From Candidatus Thorarchaeota archaeon (GTDB taxonomy: Archaea > Asgardarchaeota > Thorarchaeia > Thorarchaeales > Thorarchaeaceae), in assembly GCA_048884965.1 (NCBI GenBank), contig JBHLQH010000001.1, forward strand, positions 160,001 through 224,000: DNA of 64,000 nucleotides, written 5' to 3'. Shown in pieces: positions 20,301 to 27,540 of the stretch. The notes beneath the pieces are model-generated. The model saw only the letters and a program-made list of their open reading frames with translations, was not told where the DNA came from and did no database searches. Position 1 is the first letter of the stretch, and each line of letters opens with the position of its first letter. The translations under genes and the position numbers were made by a program.

Positions 20301-21313
20301 TACCAGAGCGTGATAGAATAATCGATTTGAACAGATTGATTGCTTTGGAATGAAATAGATGTGATGTTACTGCTGTCACTAAATGTCCAGGAATCTCCCG
20401 TTAACGAAGATGAGTTAGCTGTAAGAGAAACTGATTCTGGAATGGAATAGACCAAAGCTGAGTTGGAGGTTTGGTTCCAAGGTGTATAAGCATATTGCAG
20501 GAACGCTTCTTGTCTTTCTGCACCAACATATGGATACCAAGTGCTATCATCTCGCAATCGATAGCCAGTATCATCTCCCAATACGGATGATGAGGACCGC
20601 CAATAGAGCTGAGGGAATCCTCCATAGTTAATGAGTCCTGTACCATCTATTACAACATAATATGGAGTAGACTCAGACAAAATGCTATTGTCCGATGAAC
20701 AATCATGGGTAGTAGTTGTGTCAAATATTGTCTGAGTGAAAGGAGTAGAATAGCTTGTTTGATTTGTACTGGGATCGGTGAAATCGCTCCGAACAACAAG
20801 GTAGGTTTGACCAGCACCAGAGGGAAGATATGGCGCAATATAGATTAGTGTATAATTCTCGAGTCTTCCATCATGAGGTTGGTTGTAGAACTCTTGGTAA
20901 AGTGCATCAACAGTCAAACCGGAGCTATTCCTGATTTGCATATAGCTATTCGGAGTGATTCCTGTTGATTCCCGTTCGGGAACTGCTGTGATGAGAGATG
21001 GTTCTACATCCGCTTTATACAGACACCATCCAGACAGTAAGTAGCTTGACAGATCTATCTCTCCGAGATGCTGGCTTGTGCTAGAATACGAATTTTGAAC
21101 ATTGAGGTCTAGTCCATCTATTACCCTCGATGCATAGATACTCACATCCTGTTCATCACCAGCTCCACTCACATAGCTAAGTACTGAATTTCTGCTTTCA
21201 GTTAGAGTCTGTTCTCTCATATCGGTTACTTTCTCGAGGGGAAGAATACTCAGCGATGGAATTGGCACTGCAAGTACTATTCCAACGATTAGGATAACGA
21301 GAACTCTCTTCAT
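11324..21313 (-). CDS. Giant (3329 aa) single-pass surface glycoprotein with tandem Ig-like repeats and C-terminal wHTH
   Basis: Signal peptide; N-terminal ~630 aa paralogous to 6569..11113; repeated NGxDxxPG[FL]GxHxxxIxAxKxGY; TM LAVGGVAAVGIAAVLL-RKRRR; C-terminal LSREEISVELNLSISKTRKLV HTH. Confidence 0.88.
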   Translation of the reverse strand: MKRVLVILIVGIVLAVPIPSLSILPLEKVTDMREQTLTESRNSVLSYVSGAGDEQDVSIYASRVIDGLDLNVQNSYSSTSQHLGEIDLSSYLLSGWCLYKADVEPSLITAVPERESTGITPNSYMQIRNSSGLTVDALYQEFYNQPHDGRLENYTLIYIAPYLPSGAGQTYLVVRSDFTDPSTNQTSYSTPFTQTIFDTTTTHDCSSDNSILSESTPYYVVIDGTGLINYGGFPQLYWRSSSSVLGDDTGYRLRDDSTWYPYVGAERQEAFLQYAYTPWNQTSNSALVYSIPESVSLTANSSSLTGDSWTFSDSSNITSISFQSNQSVQIDYSITLWYKQDMKGSAQWEVQNSGNMVNWNLTATPEYPKSSDMRYLNFTIPSTWKPTGMYNSSMPSSNHSYYLVSQNIVAASFVNNDTWTLVSTSFNHLSDISSYDSSDDSPITYEVNSEVILEINLTLSEESSSPVLSGTTNLTVWKDSTIIFAPANESVSSGGTSYSWNIPSTISENGIYRIEAFWTNGSSSGYLTQELAVFHSTTFTATSYAINAYTESSFAIRVDYEEIFTPKGINGSLGTVQYSFDGASNATMSDLANGTWTASISTTGKAPGDYIVDVYAEGFALENQSLEIHVSLIHETLPLDIWWSNSDNITYVEYTELSVLYQRTSGENVSDAQLNVTIDTTTWKLRWDPVDETYKMRFNGTDSDPGFGTHSITIQAWKVGYQNQYDDSESITIRKESTTINIQWTSGNGISYVESTTLSISYLMSNGTSIVDAIANVTINGYTYDLVYDSDSKTYNCTFIGSSPQLSFGVHLVEIAISKYGYESQYDSSQILTVSEEDTSLTVQWGNTNSITYVQYTTLIVNYTMSNGTAIEGATLNFTIDTTTLSLDWESGSKTYRYQFNGDDLFPGFGTHGITILADKFGYVDRMNNTETLSIDLEGTSIVVVIEPDNDVTFTEYSTIICDYLMSNDSAILGAIINVTLGTSTWNLTWSPANEDYRIRINGSDVPPGLGIFTVNINADRYGYESQADSSKTITIREEPTILSFQWSNGNNISYVEYTILQVNYSLTSGGTIDTAEVNVTIGLTTWDLSYNFGTGYYEIQFNGTDAPPDFGTHSIIVKADLLGYESRENNTENLILREEFTSLAFEWISTNTISYVGYTILNVSYTMSNGSAIVDANLNATINGDTWLLVWNQSTSTYVITFNGTDNPPSFGTHSITIKAGKYGYIDRTDGSTLTINPEDTTLTIVLLPDNDITYTDYSTIVATYLMSNGTAIIGAEVNVTINSNVWNLWWDSDNQNYRLRLNGSDSPPGFGTFNVLVKAGKYGYIHQTNNTYDVTLRIEPTLFSVQWTNTNSPSYLDSTTLLVGYTKSDLTPIANAEVNVTIDSMTWLLIWNSTSGYFEITFNGSDVPPGVGTHSLSVSCWVFGYEEQVDTTQTLTLPVIPTLFDISWTNGDSISYVESTKLIVNYTMFNGTVIEQATVNVTFGVTTWTLQWNGVSKIYEVVFNGYDDPPGIDSYSLDIRASKVDFQSWVDDTETLTVSKEDTSYTINWSATDNITYVQHTTLIIDYLMSNGTEIPNAVVNATISGTTWILRWDASNLDYRLIFNGTDTPPGLGTHSMIIKAEKFGYVSFTNSAQELTLRQEEIIYSLNWNIVFGNNISYLESTTLVLVYQMSNGTPIVDAIVNVTIDTTTLSMFWNSTSESYEIQFNGSDSFPGFGTFPLTIKSSKFGYISVIDATQELTIRVEDADLTIGWDADSSISYLETTTLQIGYYLRNGTSILEATINVTIDSTTWSLIWNPSTEYYEISFNGTDALPGLGIHNILISAWKANYQTQVNSTEVLSITVEGTAMTIDWIPGNSITYVESTILSVNYTLTNGSAVLSAKLNVTIGTGTWTLQWDEDSDTYRIQFNGTDVPPGLGTHGLTIRAWRFGYQSHVDSTENLVITGELGQIESQWIGGGTITFVESTILSANYTMSNGTAIPLAIVNVTIDTTTWNLIWDDASETYRIQFNGSDNQPGLGVHSLTIKAWRDGFDYVQDTSMVLSITNEGTSLSASWITPYLNNISYFQFTAIQVIYQMSNGSNIPFATVNVTIGFTTWNLLWNGTSERFELIINGTDTPPGFGEHALFIQADAYGYQSQSDSDETLIVRKDPSSLEVTWPQGNTITYIEQTKIVVFYRMSNGTSISDGSLNITIAGFTFDLNWNQTSGGYELVLNGTDNPPGLGSFLPVVKASGPVYTNVEISTVFAIINEGTSVSIWWQRAGTDSNSTFYYTQTEVLRVYYRDSMGTFIPGASQKTVTVNGTIYSMNEASGYYWIQLGYETGLGYHVVTVNVSKVGYDYAFKDGFHYNITEVPTSLFVTWDSVEIDYLGQANLTAQYWDDNAFRDVSKTIVTANITIDGWYTIGLNTSGNYWIANLSGVMLDLGPHAILIRTWVYGYEYQENTTIVTVAVVSTAISSLTWEPSNVTIEYTDLLNLTVDYLSSYGDVPDTATVNVTINSIVYNLTYSLGSWKISILGRQIGIGVYEAYISAWQYGFGVFTNTTYNVNVTLASNSFLVYWEPSDGNVNIITELNISVIYTSDFQPILDATVTLVLNSSSPYPLEYSSTDQMWHITLSGFDISLGTWNATIRANRTGQQEGNEWKIITVYRDTLQFTSNWTESTIDYISTAALSIECNSSAGNPVTDATVTISLNSFMLVVLNEGQGIYTTIIGPQLSIGTYVVNVSITGSWFNTIESLLTLDVIATSTAFSVIHTNTTIYADGFVNGSISYEMLNGSSIPNTIVYIQLNQTEILATWDMTNWTFTIPGLIHDAGYYSCTVNLSSEGFDSQFYQFDVFIHLIPTTLVSIGSDWLYVNDTLELRLQYRDLRTNENIDDVAIQVSWQGEYEIELLANNVYSILVSSTALSAGNYSIEVHLSKEGYIAMGYIQQIQVDLLPLNIVSDQSISQYEQESLLITAFLVDAYHDTNVTWASLSFTFEENEYQMMFDSVLELYRIEFELPENLLPGIYQIFLQAIASDFDVSDFNITLTVLEKMAYEIALSHPDAAEEDSAISISASLTYNSQPISDKVIEIILGIAFLNGSEIEERFMLSTGSDGRITISYTVPMDSNEIFVRAIFAGEISAWPVESSTTVISVIQITPEPTTPLTGPLTVTLAVGGVAAVGIAAVLLRKRRRVEGLSSRTDMTSLTPGPAISHAPDIAQSVYQISKENELLIPDVIDSLREIDEISGIDESSTSAFLAAAGISTTVSLFVRETPQGKEVVDDGSKLIRLLKEAGKPLSREEISVELNLSISKTRKLVNDLLNDNVDVVEIREGRIRKIGYTDTID
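14560..19400 (-). repeat. 16 tandem ~101-aa (~303 nt) Ig-like repeats inside the giant gene
   Basis: Counted 16 consecutive units with I[ST]Y.E.T.L...Y.MSNGT.I..A.VNVTI...TW.L.W and NGxDxPPGxG. More diverged units continue toward the TM. Boundaries are approximate. Confidence 0.85.
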
Positions 21314-21425
21314 GAATGGGCCTCAAATGGTATGTTCACTGGTTGTTCAAAGGAGCAAATATACCTACCTTATTGATTATTCATAAAAAAGGTGAATTGC
21401 TACATACCCAATTCGATAATTCGAA

Positions 21426-21941
21426 TCATGTGTAATAGGAAGGTCCTGTATCTTCAGTTGGTGGAGTTATCGCTGGGCTGCCTGCAATCTCGTTCAAGAC
21501 AGCAATCACCATGTCCACCGCGCCGTGCACCCTCTTCATTATCTGCCAAAGTCTATCATCCGAGAACGCGTCGTCATACAACCGGTCGGATACTACGAAT
21601 CCTGGTCCCGGAGGTTGTTGAGGTCCTTTCTGTCCCGGACGTGGTTGGATGAATCCAAGAGTCAAGCCTTGCTGAAAGCTGAACTTGAGCGCTTCCATCT
21701 GGAACTGTTTCATTTTCTCAGGAGTCAAAACCTGAAGGTGTTGAGGTGAGATCATCACCTGAGACTCGACCTGCAGGTAGCGTTGCTCATTTGGTCTGAC
21801 CACGGTGAAGAAGAATCGCAGGTACTTCACCTTAAACAAGAACTCAGCTCTTGGATTCGAGATGCTTTCTACCTTGATTCCTTCATTTGAGAACCAGTTC
21901 TTCACGGAGTTCTTGACCATTTCAGACATGTCGCTACTCAT
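21426..21941 (-). CDS. DUF2299-like archaeal protein
   Basis: VKNWF..EG, N..AEF.F, ISPQH, and LY.D..S.DRL pattern typical of this family. Confidence 0.65.
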   Translation of the reverse strand: MSSDMSEMVKNSVKNWFSNEGIKVESISNPRAEFLFKVKYLRFFFTVVRPNEQRYLQVESQVMISPQHLQVLTPEKMKQFQMEALKFSFQQGLTLGFIQPRPGQKGPQQPPGPGFVVSDRLYDDAFSDDRLWQIMKRVHGAVDMVIAVLNEIAGSPAITPPTEDTGPSYYT

Positions 21942-21996
21942 TGGTGCACACTCAGATAGATTTGAGGCAGCCAGCTAGTCACTTAACGGTTGTGTT

Positions 21997-22803
21997 CTAT
22001 TCTTTCGAGACCTCTATCTTCTCATATTTGTCAGGTACTCTGTCCTGCCAGCAGGTGATTTGCTTCCTAACTTCTCGAATCATATCTGTGTCCCCTTTGT
22101 TTCTGAAGACGAAGATGTCACTATTGATTCTAGTTGACCGAACACCCCAGGGGTCAACGAATTGACTATGTCCAAAGTAGGTCTTCCCATCATATCCCCA
22201 TCCTACTCTGTTAGTGGCTGCTATGTATACCTGATTTTCAATTGCTCGAGCCATGACCAGATTGTCCCAGTGCGCCGCCCTCGGATCCGGAAATGCTGCT
22301 GGGAGAAGTAGTAGGTCAGCTCCATATCCTGCAAGCAATCTTGATAATTCAGGAAATCTGACATCATAGCAAATCTGCAAACCAACTTTGATATTCCCTG
22401 CTTCAACGATCACTGCAGTGTTACCACCCTCAAAGACATCCTGTTCATCTTGGAATGGATGCATCTTTCTATAGGTCGCAATGACTCTCCCTTTTGGATT
22501 TACCATAACGAGCGTATTGTGGTATTTAGTTCCGGTACTTTCAATATCCGTAGCCGCGACATATGCTGAATGCTCTTCTGCAATGTCCTGAAGAAATTCC
22601 GTAGTTGGTCCCGGTATTCCTACTCCTAGCTTGGAATAGTCAGAATACCTGAAACCGATAGAGAAGAGCTCGGGGAATAGAATAAATTCCCTACTTGATT
22701 CTGTCTTGTGATTTTCGAGCATTTCCTTTGCATAGCTGAAGTTATCCTCACGATTTCCTTCATTGCAAGGCATCTGTACAAGAGCAACGCTGAAGTCTAC
22801 CAT
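21997..22803 (-). CDS. Carbon-nitrogen hydrolase (nitrilase superfamily, omega-amidase/Nit1-like)
   Basis: Catalytic triad motifs FPE, YRKMH, ICYDVRFPE; also ARAIENQ and GHS..VDPWG. Confidence 0.93.
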   Translation of the reverse strand: MVDFSVALVQMPCNEGNREDNFSYAKEMLENHKTESSREFILFPELFSIGFRYSDYSKLGVGIPGPTTEFLQDIAEEHSAYVAATDIESTGTKYHNTLVMVNPKGRVIATYRKMHPFQDEQDVFEGGNTAVIVEAGNIKVGLQICYDVRFPELSRLLAGYGADLLLLPAAFPDPRAAHWDNLVMARAIENQVYIAATNRVGWGYDGKTYFGHSQFVDPWGVRSTRINSDIFVFRNKGDTDMIREVRKQITCWQDRVPDKYEKIEVSKE

Positions 22804-22891
22804 AGTTGACCCTGATTTTCGAATGAGTAACTACATCATAAGGCTTATCTTATCCATTTCGTGAGCCCAACTTGTCTAAGCTCGCACGGAC

Positions 22892-23230
22892 GTGTTGCTT
22901 GTGGTCAATGAAGTAAATACAGAGCCTAAGGGTAAAAGCGAGATGCCAACTACTTCTTACTCTAAACCTTCAATCGGTGCTACTGGGAAGACTGGTAGCT
23001 GGCGAATTTTTGAGCCGGAGATTGATTATGATAATTGCAATAGATGTAGAACATGTTGGCTGCATTGCCCCGAAGCTGTCATATCAGTAGATGAAGACGG
23101 CACACCTCATATTGACAAAGACTACTGCAAAGGTTGTGGGATTTGTTCTCAGGTGTGTCCACCAAAATGTATCAAGATGGTGCGAACAGGTGAGGATACT
23201 CCATTGCCTGTCGCTTCTGAGGAGGGCTAA
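22892..23230 (+). CDS. porD: 2-oxoacid:ferredoxin oxidoreductase delta subunit (2x[4Fe-4S])
   Basis: KTGSWR, CNRCRTCWLHCP and CKGCGICSQVCP. Start may be ATG 22943. Confidence 0.92.
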   Translation: MLLVVNEVNTEPKGKSEMPTTSYSKPSIGATGKTGSWRIFEPEIDYDNCNRCRTCWLHCPEAVISVDEDGTPHIDKDYCKGCGICSQVCPPKCIKMVRTGEDTPLPVASEEG

Positions 23231-24411
23231 TGATGAAGACCGAACTAATGAGTGCGAACTATGCAGCAGCTCGAGCGGTCATGTCTGCTCGGGTTGAAGT
23301 GGTCGCTGCTTACCCAATCACGCCTGCAACTACTGTTCCTGAACAAGTAGCGTTACTCAATGAGAAGGGACTCTGGCCCGGTCAGTTCATCAGAGTTGAA
23401 TCAGAGCACTCCGCGATGTTCGCCTGTATTGGTGCAAGCTCTACTGGAGCTCGAGCATTCACGGCAACTTCATCGAATGGATTGCTTCTCATGCACGAGG
23501 CATTGCATTGGGCTACTGCAGCAAGACTTCCTATTGTCCTTGCAAATATCAATCGCTCTGTATCACCTAGCTGGAACATTCATGTGACTCATGACGATGC
23601 CATGTCGCAACGTGATACAGGATGGATCCAATTCTATGTGGCGAGTGTTGACGAGTTCTATCACACAATCATTCAAGCATTCAAGCTTGCAGAGGATGAA
23701 CGTGTGCTACTGCCAGTGATGGTTAATGCTGATGGATTTGTCTTGAGCCATACTGTGCAACCCTATGATTATCTCGACCCTGAAGAGGTCGACAAGTTCC
23801 TACCTCCATACGAGGCACCTCATTGGAAGATGGATCCCGATAATCCAGTTTCTCACGGGAATATCGTCTTCCCTGAGCACTACCAAGAGTTCAGATATCT
23901 GATGCATCAGGCCGGCAAGAACGCCCTCGATGTGTATGAGGAAATAGAACAGGAATACAAGAAGCTCTTTGGCAAGTACTTTGGAGGTCCTATCGATTGT
24001 TACAAGTGTGATGATGCAGAAGTCATCTTCACCTCCCAAGGTTCGATGGGTGCTGAAGCCATTGACGCGATTGATGAGCTGCGTAAGGAAGGCTACAAGG
24101 TCGGCAATGCTCGAATCCGAATGGTTCGTCCATTCCCAGTGGCTAAGATACGCGAACTCGGTTCCAAGGTCAAAGGAATCGCTGCATTCGATAGAGGTGT
24201 TTCCTATGGCTATGGAGGTCACATGGCAAGCGAGATACGTTCTGCCATGTTCCATACTGATTATCGTCCGATTATCAAGAGCTACATAGGTGGTCTTGGT
24301 GGTCGTGACATGACTGTTGGTGATATCAAAGCAGTCATTCTTGATGCAGTCAATGCTGTGGAGAAGGGAGAAACTGGTGCCGAAGAGACTTGGCACGCAC
24401 TAAAGGAGTGA
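23230..24411 (+). CDS. porA: Pyruvate/2-oxoacid:ferredoxin oxidoreductase alpha subunit
   Basis: AAYPITP, ESEHSA, TATSSNG, GGLGGRD. Substrate specificity (por versus vor) cannot be resolved. Confidence 0.93.
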   Translation: MMKTELMSANYAAARAVMSARVEVVAAYPITPATTVPEQVALLNEKGLWPGQFIRVESEHSAMFACIGASSTGARAFTATSSNGLLLMHEALHWATAARLPIVLANINRSVSPSWNIHVTHDDAMSQRDTGWIQFYVASVDEFYHTIIQAFKLAEDERVLLPVMVNADGFVLSHTVQPYDYLDPEEVDKFLPPYEAPHWKMDPDNPVSHGNIVFPEHYQEFRYLMHQAGKNALDVYEEIEQEYKKLFGKYFGGPIDCYKCDDAEVIFTSQGSMGAEAIDAIDELRKEGYKVGNARIRMVRPFPVAKIRELGSKVKGIAAFDRGVSYGYGGHMASEIRSAMFHTDYRPIIKSYIGGLGGRDMTVGDIKAVILDAVNAVEKGETGAEETWHALKE

Positions 24412-24417
24412 TAAAGA

Positions 24418-25323
24418 ATGGTCGCAACAAAAGATATGCCGCTGAAAGAATATGTACTGAAGGGAAATGCTGCGTGCGCTGGATGTCAAGATATGGTTGC
24501 CTTGCGTCATGCTCACAAAGCTCTTGAAGGTGATGTGATTCAAGTAGTTCCTGCATGCTGTACCAGCGTAGTTCAGTCACTCTGGCCAAAGTCTGGTCTA
24601 GCCATTCCAGTTCTCAATACCGCATTTATGGCCGCAGCAGCGACAGCATCAGGTGTTCGAGCTGCACTCAAGGCAAAAGGAAATGATCACACTACAGTCA
24701 TGTGCTGGGCTGGTGATGGTGGTACATTTGATATCGGTCTCCAAGCTCTGAGCGGTGCTCTTGAGAGGAGGACTGATTTCCTGTATGTCTGCTACAACAA
24801 TCAGGTGTATAGCAATACCGGTACCCAGCGTTCTGGTGCAACTCCCCTACATGCATCCACAACTACGACCTGGTTCGGGAAGACCGAACCGGAGAAGATG
24901 CTTGATTTGATCGTCGCAGCTCATGAGCCTGTCTACCAAGCAACAGCGAATACGGCATACCCACGAGACCTTTATGAGAAGTTCATGAAGGCAAAAGAGA
25001 TTGAAGGACCCAAGTTCATTCATATCTTCTTGCCGTGTCCTCAAGCCTGGAATTACCCTGTTGAGAAAGGCGTTGAGATTGGAAAGCTCGCCGTGGAAAC
25101 TGGCTATTGGATTCAATGGGAGCGAATGGGTGACGAGTTCGTTCTGGGCCGCGAGAGCAAACGCTTCCAAGACCCTGAAAAGCGAAAGCCGATAGAGGAA
25201 TTCCTCAAGCTTCAAGGTCGATTCTCACATCTCTTCAGACCGACAAAGGACGAGAAGAAGATTCAGGAACTACAAGATTATGTCCAGCATCGCTGGGATG
25301 TAATCCTGAGGACCTTTACATAA
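24418..25323 (+). CDS. porB: Pyruvate/2-oxoacid:ferredoxin oxidoreductase beta subunit (TPP-binding)
   Basis: ACAGC, GDGG...YNN TPP motif, YSNTG.Q.S, PCP. Confidence 0.93.
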   Translation: MVATKDMPLKEYVLKGNAACAGCQDMVALRHAHKALEGDVIQVVPACCTSVVQSLWPKSGLAIPVLNTAFMAAAATASGVRAALKAKGNDHTTVMCWAGDGGTFDIGLQALSGALERRTDFLYVCYNNQVYSNTGTQRSGATPLHASTTTTWFGKTEPEKMLDLIVAAHEPVYQATANTAYPRDLYEKFMKAKEIEGPKFIHIFLPCPQAWNYPVEKGVEIGKLAVETGYWIQWERMGDEFVLGRESKRFQDPEKRKPIEEFLKLQGRFSHLFRPTKDEKKIQELQDYVQHRWDVILRTFT

Positions 25324-25330
25324 TCGATAG

Positions 25331-25358
25331 GATGATGGGCAAAATCGCCCATTTCATC
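25331..25358. terminator. Hairpin between convergent porB and M28 peptidase genes
   Basis: ATGGGC-AAAATC-GCCCAT core with flanking GATG/CATC, followed by a pyrimidine run. Confidence 0.55.
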
Positions 25359-25364
25359 CTTCCT

Positions 25365-27428
25365 TTATTTCCAGTTCTTTTTAGCTGCAATTAGCCAAAG
25401 ACAAAGCCCTAGACTGAGAATAAGAGCCGCCCTTAAAGTAAGAAGTTGTACTGCGGTGTCAATTCGGGGATTGGTCCCTTGTAGATATTCTTCAAGATTA
25501 CTAGCACCATCATAGTCTGGGTCTTCCATTGAATCATCGAACAACGGATTCAATCCATTTTGTACTTCGAAATTATCTGGCATGAGATCTTGATCAGAAT
25601 CAATGCTTCTTGGATTGGTTCCAAGTAGATACTCTTCAAGATTCGTTAGTTGATCTCCATCTGCATCCAAATATGAATCATCTCGAGTTGGGTCAAAGGC
25701 AAACATAACTTCGAAGTAGTCTGGCATAGAATCTGCATCGCTATCATTCAGGAGTGGATAGGTTCCAATTCGATACTCCTCGAGATTTGTTAGTGAATCA
25801 CCATCAGGATCAAGATCTGCATCCGGTGTTAGCGCATCAGTTCCATTGATGACCTCCCAAGAATCGATGATTTGATCACCATCGCTATCCGCAAGCATCG
25901 GATGGGTTCCTGCTGCGTACTCCTCCGAATTATCCAGAAAATCATGATCGGGATCTTCCTCGGCATCAGGACGAGTCGCATCAGTTCCGTATGTATATTC
26001 CCAGAAATCAGGAAGATAGTCATCATCGGAATCCTGTGAGTAGGGTGACGTTCCAATGATTGTTTCTAGGGCATTACTGAGAGTATCCCCATCATCATCA
26101 ATTTGGAACTGTGATGCATCCAGCCAGAACTCATACCTATCCAGTATTCCATTCATGTCCAAATCAGTATCATAAAGGATTCCAAGGTTGAAACGCGCAT
26201 CACTTCCCTCCTGTCCAGAGAGAATGAATGAATATGTCCCTCTTCCTGTTACAGTGAAGTTGGATATGCTGCGATCGCCTGAAGTTTCTGTAATATTAAT
26301 CGTGGTCAAAAGGAATCCCTGTGGGGAGATGATTTTCAATGTAAAGCCCCCACCAACCCACGAGCCCTTGATCTCAAGGTTCGTTGATACAGTTATTGGC
26401 ACCTCAATCATGGAAGGCTGATTATTTCGTAAACGACCCGTGAAGACCTTCGTCATTGGCTCGATATGGGCTCTTGCCATTGTGTATGCCATACTAGCAC
26501 CAATAGATGCAACGGCATCAATTGCCACGGTATAGTTGTAGAGAGAATTATCCCATCTATCATTAGGACTATGATATGCTGTATCACGAGATGAACCTGA
26601 TTCGAATGCGAATATCACACTATCAAATCCCTCGGTCAGGAACGAGGCATGATCCGAGCGACCCCACACTGACATCTCTGTTCCTTCAACTGACTTGATC
26701 AGGTCCTTTCCATTTGCTTTACTCATAAAATCTGTGATCATGGCGTAGTTCATTGCAGCTCCTGAGTATCCTAGAATTACTCTCTCATCTGAAGGTGCTT
26801 CAGTATCTTCAACAAGAAGCATGTCGATATTATAATAGGTCAGAATCTCGATATTCCATTCATCGAAGATCTTGGCCACTTCATGACTACCAATCAGACC
26901 GATCTCCTCTGCATTCCATGCACAGAAGTATATGTCAAGAGGCCATTCATATCTTGAGAACACTCTCGCAAGTTCTATTGCGGCTGCGACCCCTGTTGCA
27001 TCATCATTTGCACCTGGAGATCCATGAACCGAATCGTAATGACCTCCAACCATCAGAACAGGACCTAGTCCAAGGTATCCCGGAAGTCGTCCAACTACTG
27101 ATTCATGGGCGCCCAACATCTGAGCTTCAATGCGTCCATTTGACACGACCCGGAGTTCTTCTACGATCCAGTCTCTCGCATATCGATTGTTATCAGCACC
27201 ACTTGGCCTTGAGCCATTCTCTGTGAGTTTTATAATCAGATTCAAGTAGTTCTCTTCAGAAACAGCTCTAAAGATATTAGAAGACAGATCTTCTCCGTAG
27301 ACTCGAATTAAGTCGTTGCTCTGAGAAACTGTGGATTGTGTCGTCTTCAGCGATTGGGCATCAGTCAGAAATAGACTACCTATGACAAGAAGAAGAGAAA
27401 CAAGCAGGGCAGTCTTAATTCGAATCAT
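25365..27428 (-). CDS. Membrane-anchored M28 zinc peptidase with Ca-binding DxDxD (TSP3-like) repeat stalk
   Basis: Signal peptide; GGHYDS, GANDD, AEE, NIDM, YH ligands; repeated DSDxDxLxD/DPDxDxLTNLEEY; C-terminal TM. Confidence 0.9.
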   Translation of the reverse strand: MIRIKTALLVSLLLVIGSLFLTDAQSLKTTQSTVSQSNDLIRVYGEDLSSNIFRAVSEENYLNLIIKLTENGSRPSGADNNRYARDWIVEELRVVSNGRIEAQMLGAHESVVGRLPGYLGLGPVLMVGGHYDSVHGSPGANDDATGVAAAIELARVFSRYEWPLDIYFCAWNAEEIGLIGSHEVAKIFDEWNIEILTYYNIDMLLVEDTEAPSDERVILGYSGAAMNYAMITDFMSKANGKDLIKSVEGTEMSVWGRSDHASFLTEGFDSVIFAFESGSSRDTAYHSPNDRWDNSLYNYTVAIDAVASIGASMAYTMARAHIEPMTKVFTGRLRNNQPSMIEVPITVSTNLEIKGSWVGGGFTLKIISPQGFLLTTINITETSGDRSISNFTVTGRGTYSFILSGQEGSDARFNLGILYDTDLDMNGILDRYEFWLDASQFQIDDDGDTLSNALETIIGTSPYSQDSDDDYLPDFWEYTYGTDATRPDAEEDPDHDFLDNSEEYAAGTHPMLADSDGDQIIDSWEVINGTDALTPDADLDPDGDSLTNLEEYRIGTYPLLNDSDADSMPDYFEVMFAFDPTRDDSYLDADGDQLTNLEEYLLGTNPRSIDSDQDLMPDNFEVQNGLNPLFDDSMEDPDYDGASNLEEYLQGTNPRIDTAVQLLTLRAALILSLGLCLWLIAAKKNWK

Positions 27429-27540
27429 GCGGTGAGTGATTCCACTTTTCCAAAATAAGCTACTGATTCACGCGTTTTTCGGTTCTCTAGTTCACAATAG
27501 TCAAGCTATTAAGGGGTTTCTGTATAATTATGATTTACCG

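Noticed and set aside
23800-24396. 198-aa antisense ORF and many other short track ORFs nested in long genes
   Set aside because: Shadow ORFs of well-supported genes with no recognisable motifs.
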